Translations under genes and position numbers: made by a program
Shown: positions 20,132 through 28,534 of the stretch, piece after piece
Numbering within the stretch: position 1 is the stretch's first letter
Layout: each line of letters begins with the position of its first letter
Assembly: GCA_963663035.1 (NCBI GenBank)
Contig: OY760074.1
Location: forward strand, 256,001 to 320,000
DNA: 64,000 bases
Direction of reading: 5' to 3'
From: Acidobacteriota bacterium
GTDB taxonomy: Bacteria; Acidobacteriota; UBA6911; RPQK01; JADFOI01
The notes under the pieces: model-generated
The model's database searches: none
Told to the model about the DNA's origin: nothing
What the model saw: only the letters and a program-made list of their open reading frames with translations

Positions 20132-21244
20132 CTAGTACTCATCAAAGATGCGCTGGATTTCCTTCAGGTCTTTTGTCCGGGTCAAGGCCAGCATGAGAAG
20201 AATACGGGCCTTCTGGGGGGGGAGGTTATCTCCTTCAATGAAGATGTCATTCGGGTTGGCTTCGGCTCGCCCTTCGCCGCCCCGATTGGTGATGACAATC
20301 GGCAGGCCCGCCTGGGCCAGGGCACTCAGAGGCTCCCTGTGCTCTGGGGCCAGTCTTTGGGAGACCGGAAAGCCTTGAAAAATCAATCCATCCAGTTCCA
20401 GGCCTTTGAGTGCATTGAGAATGACGCCGGATGCTCCGGCAGCGGTACTCATGATTTCCACCGTGGCAAGATCTTGGAGTTGGCTCACGTCAAATTCGCT
20501 TTGATAGGTATGTCGCCGCACTGGGGCGTGGTAAAAGGTCACCTGATCGGGGTCAACGTAGCCCAGGACGCCGACGCCCCGCGTGTTAAAAGCCCCGGGA
20601 CGACGACCAGTCTTGAGAACATCGCGACTGCTCTTGATCTCTTCATCCAAAATGACAAAGACACCTTTTCCCTTGGCTTGAGGGGAGGAAACAACCCGGA
20701 TGGCATCGAGCAGGTTTCGGTCCCCATCGTTTCCCAGGGTGCCGTGCCTGCGCTGGGACGCCGCCAGGGCCACGGGTTTGTCACTTTTAACCGTGAGATT
20801 GAGAAAATACGAGGTTTCTTCGGTGGTTTGAGTTCCGTGAGTGACAACGATTCCCGTAACCTCGGGCTCTGTTTCGAAGATCTTATTAATGGCGTTGGCC
20901 AGACCGATCCACACCTTGGGGTTCATGGACGAACTTCCAATGCGCACATGGTCTACCACTTCCACCCGCGCGTACTGGCTGATAGCCGGAATATCTCGAA
21001 CCACAGCTGTGGCGCTGACTCGACCATCAGTCGTGTTGGCGATGGTTCCTCCGGTGGCAACGATTTTCACCAGAGGAAGTGGGGAATCCCCCGTCATCGA
21101 TTGCGAATGCAGCAGCAGGGGATTGGCTAGACCTGCAGCCAGGACGGATAGGATCGGCAGGAAGTATTTCACTTTTTTGAGTCCTCCTCGAAAAGTTCGT
21201 TGGGATCTTGCGGCGATGCTACTGCCCGTCTGAACTTCTGTCAA
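20132..21244 (-). CDS. Secreted asparaginase/glutaminase-family protein (HGTQT variant)
   Basis: ATGGTIA, THGTQTTEET, SDKPV, DVLKT, LPPQKARILL; start uncertain. Confidence 0.85.
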   Translation of the reverse strand: MTEVQTGSSIAARSQRTFRGGLKKVKYFLPILSVLAAGLANPLLLHSQSMTGDSPLPLVKIVATGGTIANTTDGRVSATAVVRDIPAISQYARVEVVDHVRIGSSSMNPKVWIGLANAINKIFETEPEVTGIVVTHGTQTTEETSYFLNLTVKSDKPVALAASQRRHGTLGNDGDRNLLDAIRVVSSPQAKGKGVFVILDEEIKSSRDVLKTGRRPGAFNTRGVGVLGYVDPDQVTFYHAPVRRHTYQSEFDVSQLQDLATVEIMSTAAGASGVILNALKGLELDGLIFQGFPVSQRLAPEHREPLSALAQAGLPIVITNRGGEGRAEANPNDIFIEGDNLPPQKARILLMLALTRTKDLKEIQRIFDEY

Positions 21245-21262
21245 CAGAGAAGGTGGAATCAG

Positions 21263-21290
21263 TCAGAGCCTTGGGCTTTAGCCCACGGGC
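21263..21290 (+). repeat. Family B REP-like hairpin
   Basis: tcagagccttgggctttagcccacgggc. Confidence 0.75.
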
Positions 21291-21419
21291 CATCAAGTCA
21301 CCTGTCTTAACCCAAGAAAACGGCGACAATGGCAATTTCCCATTGCCTTTCCCAACGTCAAGAGCTAGCATTCAAGCTGTAATCGGTGTTCACTGATTAG
21401 GTACCGAAGCGGAGAAGAA

Positions 21420-21773
21420 ATGAAAGGAAGACGCCAGTATAGACGCTGGCGGGTGTCAATGCCCTGCTCGGTGACGTGGGAAGAGGGGAATACCCGGGGG
21501 CAAATCGCCAATATTTCCTTCGGTGGGGCGTTGATATCTGAGGTCACTTCTGTTCCTCCTGAGGGCGCCCTGGTCGCTCTGACCTTTGACGCCAAGGAGG
21601 GGCCGGTCCGTCTGGAAGGCAAACTGACTTCCCGGGTTATCCATACCATCACGGAGCTTATTGAAGACGGCGGGGTTGGCTCGTTTGGCGTACAGTTCGA
21701 GGGGTCCATAGAAGATATCCGGGCCAAGCTGGTTCCCATTTTCCAGGTTCTGACTTCAGGAAAAGACGACTAG
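21420..21773 (+). CDS. Stand-alone PilZ domain protein (putative c-di-GMP receptor)
   Basis: RRQYRR (RxxxR) and NISFGG (D/NxSxxG) motifs, C-terminal FGVQF. Confidence 0.8.
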   Translation: MKGRRQYRRWRVSMPCSVTWEEGNTRGQIANISFGGALISEVTSVPPEGALVALTFDAKEGPVRLEGKLTSRVIHTITELIEDGGVGSFGVQFEGSIEDIRAKLVPIFQVLTSGKDD

Positions 21774-21790
21774 CTGCAGAAGGCAAATCA

Positions 21791-23035
21791 ATGAAAAAGT
21801 GGACTGTGGTGGGTCTCCTGGGAGGGATGGCCTTCGCAACGGATCTGATTCGTACTTCGCTGGGAATCGTGGCCCCGACCTTGATGAGCCTCTATGACAT
21901 CTCTTTCGAAGAGATGGGGTTTATCTTGGCGGGTTGGAACTGGGCCTACACCGCTTCGCTGCTCATGATTGGTCCCCTCGTGGACCGATTTGGCCCCTGG
22001 CTGATTGTGGGCATCGGGTCTGGAGTTTGGGGCATGGCTACCATGGCCCTGCCCCTTGCTTCTACTGTCACATCGCTCTTTGTCATGCGTGCTCTCTTTG
22101 GACTGGGGCACAGCATGCGAATGCCCTCACAGGCCGCCTGTATCTCGCGTTGGATGGGTCCTGATCTGCGTGCCACAGCGATTGGCCTCTGTTTCTTTGG
22201 AGGTCAGATTGCCCTGGCTATCGGACCCGCACTGGGTGCTTTCCTGATCAGCAGTTTGGGGTGGCAATGGGTCTTTTATGTCTCTGGCACTGTCAGCTTG
22301 CTGTTCTGCCTGACCTGGTTTTCTCTTTACCCCAGGGACAAGGTCGAGGCCCAGGTTGAACCCGGTCAGATTGAGAAGGAGAGCGCCAGGGACAAGATCC
22401 CCTGGTCTTCGCTTCTGGGGTACCGGGCAACCTGGGGCATCGCCCTGGGACAAATGGGATATCTCTACTCCTACTTCTTCTTTTTTAGCTGGTTTCCAAG
22501 TTATTTGAGGCTGGAGCGGAACCTGAGCCTGCCCGAAACCGGAATCCTGTCCGGCCTTCCCTTCTTGATGGGAATGGTCGGGACTGCTGGGGGAGGATGG
22601 TTGGGAGATCATCTCATCCGGCGCGGTGTGAGCCGGTCTGCTTCGCGCAAGGGAATGGTTGTCACAGGACTCACCATGACCACAATCCTGGTGGTTGCTG
22701 CAGCCTTTACCACCCAGACCTGGCTGGCGGTCACCCTCTTAACTTTTTGCATGGGATTCCTCAGAATGACGACGGCATCTGCCAATGCCATGCCCATTGA
22801 TCTGGCCCCAGCTGGATCCGTTGCCTCTCTGACTTCCATTCAGAATTTTGCAGGAAACGTGAGCGGTGTGCTCCAGCCCATTGTCACCGGGTTCATCGTG
22901 GGAGCTATGGGTGGCTCCTTTTTTGGGGCCCTTCTGATTGCCGGCGGGATGGCCATGCTGGGGGCGTGCTCCTTCCTGTTCTTGGTAGGGCCTCTGGAGA
23001 CCCTTCCTGTCCCCAATTCAGATGGTCCCCACTAA
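21791..23035 (+). CDS. MFS transporter (ACS/galactonate-like)
   Basis: GPLVDRFG motif A, LGWQWVF, GGWLGD; about 12 TM segments. Confidence 0.85.
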   Translation: MKKWTVVGLLGGMAFATDLIRTSLGIVAPTLMSLYDISFEEMGFILAGWNWAYTASLLMIGPLVDRFGPWLIVGIGSGVWGMATMALPLASTVTSLFVMRALFGLGHSMRMPSQAACISRWMGPDLRATAIGLCFFGGQIALAIGPALGAFLISSLGWQWVFYVSGTVSLLFCLTWFSLYPRDKVEAQVEPGQIEKESARDKIPWSSLLGYRATWGIALGQMGYLYSYFFFFSWFPSYLRLERNLSLPETGILSGLPFLMGMVGTAGGGWLGDHLIRRGVSRSASRKGMVVTGLTMTTILVVAAAFTTQTWLAVTLLTFCMGFLRMTTASANAMPIDLAPAGSVASLTSIQNFAGNVSGVLQPIVTGFIVGAMGGSFFGALLIAGGMAMLGACSFLFLVGPLETLPVPNSDGPH

Positions 23036-23038
23036 AAG

Positions 23039-24673
23039 ATGGGGGACCATTTGAATTGGGCTAGGATTGTCCCCTGGTCGCAACCGAGGGGATTCATTGC
23101 TGTCGCAGCTGCCTGTGCGCTTTTTCTCTTTCTCCCTCTGGTGCTGATTTCAGAGACTCCCAGAGCTCGTCTCAACGTCGCCGAGATGTGCTCGCTCCTG
23201 TTTTTTCTGATCTTGATCGTCCGTCTCCTGATGGTCGGTCAGCCAAGGGAGGGTTTGGCGGCAGAGGAAAGATCCGCCAAGGGATTGCTGCTTGCACTGA
23301 CCTTGGCCTCTGGACTTTATGCCACCACGCTTCCAATTTATTTCATCAGCGACGATTACACCTACTTAGTCCATGCTGAAAGCCCGATTTTTAAGAGCCT
23401 CTGGCTGCTCTTGACAGAGGGGCAGGCCGGGGTTTTTCTTCGGCCAGTTGGTTTTGCCACCCTCTTTGTGGATTATCGCCTCTGGGAGCTCTGGCCCCCT
23501 GGATACCATCTGACCAGCATTCTGCTTCACCTCATCACCACGGCAGGTATCTTCTTCCTTCTTGAGGGTCTTGGGCAGAGAGCGGAAACGTGTGCTACCG
23601 GGGCGCTGATCTTTTCCGTTTTTCCCATTCAGGTCGAAGCCGTCTCCTGGATGGGAGGTCGCTTCGACGTGGTGGCCACCTGCCTCACGGTTTGGGCGCT
23701 GGTGTACTATGTGAGGTTTCGTGGAACCGGCCACACCTCTCACCTGCTGTTTGCCCTGGTTTTCTTCCTACTGGGGATGCTGTCCAAAGAGAATGCCTAC
23801 ATACTTCCCCTTCTGTTGATTTCTCTTGAGTTTCTCGTCATGCCCATTCGGAAACTGAGATCAGTGGGTCCCTTCCTTTTGCTTGCGACCATTGCCTTTG
23901 TCTATAGATGGATTGTTTTGGGTGGAATCGGGGGATATGCAAATCCGAGCGGTCAACCCGCCACCTTCGAGATAGGATTGCAGACATTCGAAGGTTTGTT
24001 GGGCCGGGCTCCAGCTCAAATGCTTCTGGGTTATAACTGGCTGCAGCCTCCCTTGTTTGAGCCCATTCTTCTCGTTTCCCTCACGGGGGCCCTACTCTTA
24101 GCCCTTGTTCTGGGCACAAGCTTCTGCAAGTCTGACAAAGGACTGATCTGGTTTGGCCTGACCTGGATCGTTCTTGCCAATATTCCGCCTCACCCTCTGA
24201 TACTGGTGGGGGCTGACCTGGCCAATTCGCGAGTCTTCTATTTAGGTTCTGCAGGGCTAGCCATCGTCATTGCTTTACTCTTGACGGGCATCAGCCATAC
24301 AAGATTGAGACGCTGCTGGACTGCACTTCTTGTCCTGTTCCTCGGTGCAGGTCTTCTTCATAACGTAGGTGCTCGGCGATGGACTGGCGACATTTCCAGG
24401 GAATTCCTTTCAGAGTTGCGTCGTCTTGAACCTTCCCCGGCCGCAAATGCGGAGTTGGTGTTCCGAGGCCTGCCGGAGAAAATCAGGGGTGTATTCCTTT
24501 TCGGTGCAGGATTCACGGAAGCTATCCATATCCTCTACCAGCGGGAAGACCTGAGGGCGCGTCGAGAGTCAGATTCCTTATCCAGCCCGGCTCAAGTAGT
24601 GGAAGAAAGACCCGTGGTTGAGCTGCGTTGGGTTGGTGAGAAGGGAAGATTGCTGGAACGTATTCGAGACTAG
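23039..24673 (+). CDS. Polytopic GT-C-like membrane glycosyltransferase
   Basis: SDDY loop, RP...YH...LLH, EAVSW..GR, LSKE motifs as in TMTC/ArnT-like GT-C proteins. Confidence 0.6.
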   Translation: MGDHLNWARIVPWSQPRGFIAVAAACALFLFLPLVLISETPRARLNVAEMCSLLFFLILIVRLLMVGQPREGLAAEERSAKGLLLALTLASGLYATTLPIYFISDDYTYLVHAESPIFKSLWLLLTEGQAGVFLRPVGFATLFVDYRLWELWPPGYHLTSILLHLITTAGIFFLLEGLGQRAETCATGALIFSVFPIQVEAVSWMGGRFDVVATCLTVWALVYYVRFRGTGHTSHLLFALVFFLLGMLSKENAYILPLLLISLEFLVMPIRKLRSVGPFLLLATIAFVYRWIVLGGIGGYANPSGQPATFEIGLQTFEGLLGRAPAQMLLGYNWLQPPLFEPILLVSLTGALLLALVLGTSFCKSDKGLIWFGLTWIVLANIPPHPLILVGADLANSRVFYLGSAGLAIVIALLLTGISHTRLRRCWTALLVLFLGAGLLHNVGARRWTGDISREFLSELRRLEPSPAANAELVFRGLPEKIRGVFLFGAGFTEAIHILYQREDLRARRESDSLSSPAQVVEERPVVELRWVGEKGRLLERIRD

Positions 24674-24678
24674 CTCTT

Positions 24679-24829
24679 TAGCCGGGATTATGCATAAATT
24701 TTCTACTGCAGTACCGCAATCATCCACGCTGACTGCGTTGTGCGACCCGCAAGCGGGTACCCCTCGCACGCCTTGTCATCGTGGCGCCTGCGGCACTTCG
24801 TCACGAAAACCTATGCATAATTCCGACTT
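24679..24829 (+). repeat. MITE-like element, family A copy 2
   Basis: Near-identical to 2432-2585; lies between convergent genes. Confidence 0.85.
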
Positions 24830-25596
24830 TAGTTCGAATTTTTCCAGGGTCGAAACCGTTCGCCTTGGGGCCGCTGATAATCTCCTCTGGTTAACAATCT
24901 TTCCAGCCACACATTGAGAATGATATAGAGGTAGCGGCTTCCCATTTCCTTCGCACTAAAACGGGATACCCCGGCCTTTCGACTGCGCCACCTGATGGGT
25001 ACAACCACATAGGAATAGCCTCGGACAATGGCTTTGAGAGGAAGCTCAACGGTCAGATTGAAATGGGGTGACAAGAAGGGACGACATCCTTGGATGACTT
25101 CCTTGCGATAACCTTTGAAAGCATTGGTAATATCGTTATATCGCAGCCCAAACAAGAGGCGGATGAAGGTGTTGCCTATTCGATTTAATACTCTCTTGAG
25201 GGGAGGATAATCTTCCACCGAGCCGCCGTGCACCCAACGCGACCCGAAGGCGCAATCTGCCTGATCACACAAGACGTGGTAATACTTGGCCACGTCATCC
25301 GGATCGTCGGAGCCATCTGCCATGGTAATGACCACGGCATCTCCGCTAGCTGCTCTCAGACCCAGGCGCACGGTGCGGCCGAAGCCGTGTTGGCCTTCAT
25401 TACGGACTAGTCGGATGCGATCATCGGAACTGGCACGCTTTTCAATCTCAGTAATCGTGTCATCTTCACTTCCATCATCCACAGCGATCAGCTCAAAAGA
25501 AAGACTTTCACGGTCCAACCGCCGGATGAGATTTTCCAGGGTGTTCCCGATATTGCCGCCTTCGTTTCGTGCCGGTATCACTACGGAAAGGTTCAT
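24829..25596 (-). CDS. GT2 glycosyltransferase (polyprenol-phosphate sugar synthase-like)
   Basis: SVVIPARNE, VDDGSED, MADGSD, FGSR. Confidence 0.9.
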   Translation of the reverse strand: MNLSVVIPARNEGGNIGNTLENLIRRLDRESLSFELIAVDDGSEDDTITEIEKRASSDDRIRLVRNEGQHGFGRTVRLGLRAASGDAVVITMADGSDDPDDVAKYYHVLCDQADCAFGSRWVHGGSVEDYPPLKRVLNRIGNTFIRLLFGLRYNDITNAFKGYRKEVIQGCRPFLSPHFNLTVELPLKAIVRGYSYVVVPIRWRSRKAGVSRFSAKEMGSRYLYIILNVWLERLLTRGDYQRPQGERFRPWKNSN

Positions 25597-25605
25597 AGTC
25601 GATCG

Positions 25606-26637
25606 TTATCGGGCCAGTTCCTCAAGGATCGAAGTGATGGATCTGGAAATACCCCATTGCGGATAGTCTGTCCTTACTTTCTTCAGGTTACTGATATAGC
25701 AGATGTGATCACCGATCCGATGATCTTCAAGGTACTTTACGGTCAGCTGTTTGTCCATGAGCCGTTCGAACTGACCGATCGCCTCCAGAATCGACAAGCT
25801 ATTTGCTCGTCCTCCACCCAGGTTATAAACGGCGTGAGTACGAGGCTGCTGATAAAAAGCATCAATGAAAAGACACACATCGAAGGCGTGAATGTGATCC
25901 CTCACTTGCTTCCCTTTGTATCCGAAGATTTGGTACTCTCGGTTTTCTTTAAAAACCTTGGCTAAATAAGCGAGAAACCCATGAAGTTCAGCGCCCGAAT
26001 GCTGGGGACCGGTGATGCAGCCGCAACGCAGACAGACCGTAGGCATATCGAAATTGCGGCCATACTCTTGTACCAGGATGTCAGCCGATAGTTTGGATGC
26101 TCCAAACAAACTGTGAAGAGAGGCATCAATACGACAACTTTCATCAATGCCCTCGGAATCTTCCGGATGGGCAAAATCCCAGCGTGTTTCCAGTTCGACC
26201 AGCTTTTTTTCATTGGGAGCATCGCCATACACTTTGTTGGTACTCAAGAAGACAAAGGGTGATTCTGCACAGCAGGACCGAGCCGCTTCAAGCAAGTTTA
26301 GAGTTCCCGTAGCATTGATCTCAAAATCGTCAAAAGGTCGATCTTTTGCCAAGTCGTGAGAGGGCTGGGAGGCAGAGTGAATAATCAGATCAGGACGCAG
26401 ATTCCGAACCAGCTCCAAAATGACCTGACGATCTCGGACATCGCAGTCATGAGGAGTAAAGTTTTTCGTCGATTCAAGAAGGTGAGTGAGAGTCCCCTGT
26501 GTGTCACCGTCGGGACCAAAAAAATCGCGGCGCATATTATTGTCTACACCATGCACTTCCCAGCCACGGCTTTCAAAATAGAGAACCGTTTCAGATCCCA
26601 CGAGTCCGCTACTACCGGTCACAAAAACTTTTTTCAT
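25606..26637 (-). CDS. NAD-dependent epimerase (CDP-paratose 2-epimerase-like extended SDR)
   Basis: MKKVFVTGSSGLVG, STNKVYG, FGASK, GKQVRD; start moved to ATG 26637. Confidence 0.85.
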   Translation of the reverse strand: MKKVFVTGSSGLVGSETVLYFESRGWEVHGVDNNMRRDFFGPDGDTQGTLTHLLESTKNFTPHDCDVRDRQVILELVRNLRPDLIIHSASQPSHDLAKDRPFDDFEINATGTLNLLEAARSCCAESPFVFLSTNKVYGDAPNEKKLVELETRWDFAHPEDSEGIDESCRIDASLHSLFGASKLSADILVQEYGRNFDMPTVCLRCGCITGPQHSGAELHGFLAYLAKVFKENREYQIFGYKGKQVRDHIHAFDVCLFIDAFYQQPRTHAVYNLGGGRANSLSILEAIGQFERLMDKQLTVKYLEDHRIGDHICYISNLKKVRTDYPQWGISRSITSILEELAR

Positions 26638-26653
26638 ATGAGCTTTGGAAGTT

Positions 26654-27769
26654 TCAATCCAATAATCCCCTTTCCCGTAACTCAGTTTGAGCCTGATCAA
26701 AGTGGTCCTCCCACCCGGCCGAACGCGCCCACTCGGCAAGTTCTGCCAAACCCTCTTCCCACTGAATCGTGGGTTGGTAACCCAGTAGCTCCCTGGCCTT
26801 CTTGATATCTGCAGTACAGTGACGAATATCCCCTTTTCGAAACTTATTCGTTATGTCAGGTTCAATCACCTCTCCTCCGGCAAGTTGAGCCAGAGTCCGA
26901 GCGCAGTCGATAATGCGACGTGGAATGCCAGAACCGATGTTGAGAACTTCACCCACAACAGCTTCCGATTCCAAAGTGAGAAGCACAGCATCGACCACGT
27001 CATGTACGGAAACAAAATCACGAGTTTGATTGCCATCTTCATAAATGACGGGTGCCTGACCCGCCAATAACCGGCTCAAGAAAACAGCAAGAACACCGGT
27101 GTAGGGATTTTTTAGTGATTGTCCGGGGCCATAAACATTAAACAAACGCAAGCAGACCACTGGGAATTCGTAAACTTCTCCCAAACTGAAGGAGAGTTCT
27201 TCCTGGTATTTCTTCGTCAGAGCGTAGATGTTACGAGCCAGCAATTCTTCACTCTCTGGAGTCGGGACCGCTGCCAGAACCTCGCCCGTTTCAGGGCAAA
27301 CCGGATCCCAGCCGTGCTCACTGATGTCCTGCTGTGAACGAATTCCGACTCGGACCAAACTGTTGTCAGAAGGTCGACGATAAAGTCCTTCTCCATAGGA
27401 TGTATTGGAGGTGAGCACAATCAATTTTCTGAGAGGTCTTTGACGCTGGGCCAGCAGTTCCAGTAAGAGTGCCGTACCGCCGACGTTGACATCGACAAAA
27501 TGACCTGCGCGATAGAGAGACTGAGCCACACCGACAGTCGCTGCACAATGGATCACTGCATCGGCACCTTCCAGCGCTTCTGCCAGCTTGCTTCTGTCAC
27601 GCACGTCAGCCATGGAAAACTCTGCTTTGGATGAGACCGGGGTTGGTGAGGTTCCGTGCACTTGAGGATCCAAGGTGTCGATAATGGAAACCGAGTATCC
27701 TGATTCCAGTAATCGTTCCACGATGGAGGAGCCGATAAAACCGGCGCCACCGGTAACCAAGACCTTCAT
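26654..27769 (-). CDS. NAD-dependent nucleotide-sugar epimerase/dehydratase
   Basis: TGGAGFIG, YALTK, NVYGPGQ, NPYTG, RDFVSV. Confidence 0.9.
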   Translation of the reverse strand: MKVLVTGGAGFIGSSIVERLLESGYSVSIIDTLDPQVHGTSPTPVSSKAEFSMADVRDRSKLAEALEGADAVIHCAATVGVAQSLYRAGHFVDVNVGGTALLLELLAQRQRPLRKLIVLTSNTSYGEGLYRRPSDNSLVRVGIRSQQDISEHGWDPVCPETGEVLAAVPTPESEELLARNIYALTKKYQEELSFSLGEVYEFPVVCLRLFNVYGPGQSLKNPYTGVLAVFLSRLLAGQAPVIYEDGNQTRDFVSVHDVVDAVLLTLESEAVVGEVLNIGSGIPRRIIDCARTLAQLAGGEVIEPDITNKFRKGDIRHCTADIKKARELLGYQPTIQWEEGLAELAEWARSAGWEDHFDQAQTELRERGLLD

Positions 27770-27841
27770 GACTCAGTGCCTCGTTTCATCAATAACGGAA
27801 ACGTAAGAGACGATAAACGAAACGAAGGGCCAGGTACAGAC

Positions 27842-27927
27842 TCAATGGGAAATATGGGGACAGACTACCCGTTTTCCTCATTTCGAAATGAGGAAAACGG
27901 GTAGTCTGTCCCCATATTTCCCATTGA
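27842..27927. repeat. Perfect 86-bp palindrome with no loop
   Basis: The 43-bp arm 27842-27884 is the exact reverse complement of 27885-27927; centre TTCGAA. Confidence 0.95.
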
Positions 27928-28009
27928 TGAGGAAAATTGGATATGAATGAGTTCTCTCGGATAGAATAATAGAAAGGAGATACCTTCGCCGGATATTCTT
28001 CCTGGCGAT

Positions 28010-28525
28010 GTGTCGCTCTTCATTCAAGGAAGTATGAAAAGGAGTCTCCGAGCTCTTCACTGGCTGACAAGGGGTGCGGGATTTTTCCTGTTGGCCTTCG
28101 GTCTTCTTGCTTGTGGTTCCTCGGAGACCAGGGACACCATTGCTTTCCAACAGTACGACCCGGCTATTCTTTATCGCGCCAGGCAGGAAGGACGCCCCGT
28201 CCTTCTCGAGTTTTATGCAGAGTGGTGCATCCCCTGCCGAGAGCTCGAGGAGTTCACCTTCAACGATGGAGGGGTCATCACAGCCACCTGGCCATTTGTG
28301 AGGGTTCGGGTGGACATGACCGACTACGAGTCAGCGGAGTCCGAGCGTCTGCGAGAGCAATTTGGCGTGACCGGCGTCCCCGAGATTCACTTTCTGGATC
28401 CTCGAGGAGATGAAATTCAGGAGGCGCGCGTCATCGGGTTTCTTGGCCCTGAGGACTTTCTCCGACATGTCGAGCGCGCCCTGCAGCCGGGTCCCCGAAA
28501 AAACTTCCCTTCCGTTCCCGGTTAA
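28010..28525 (+). CDS. Thioredoxin-fold lipoprotein (DsbD-gamma-like)
   Basis: Lipobox LLAC; EFYAEWCIPC; GVTGVP cis-Pro motif; start may be ATG 28034. Confidence 0.85.
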   Translation: MSLFIQGSMKRSLRALHWLTRGAGFFLLAFGLLACGSSETRDTIAFQQYDPAILYRARQEGRPVLLEFYAEWCIPCRELEEFTFNDGGVITATWPFVRVRVDMTDYESAESERLREQFGVTGVPEIHFLDPRGDEIQEARVIGFLGPEDFLRHVERALQPGPRKNFPSVPG

Positions 28526-28534
28526 AGCGAGTAC

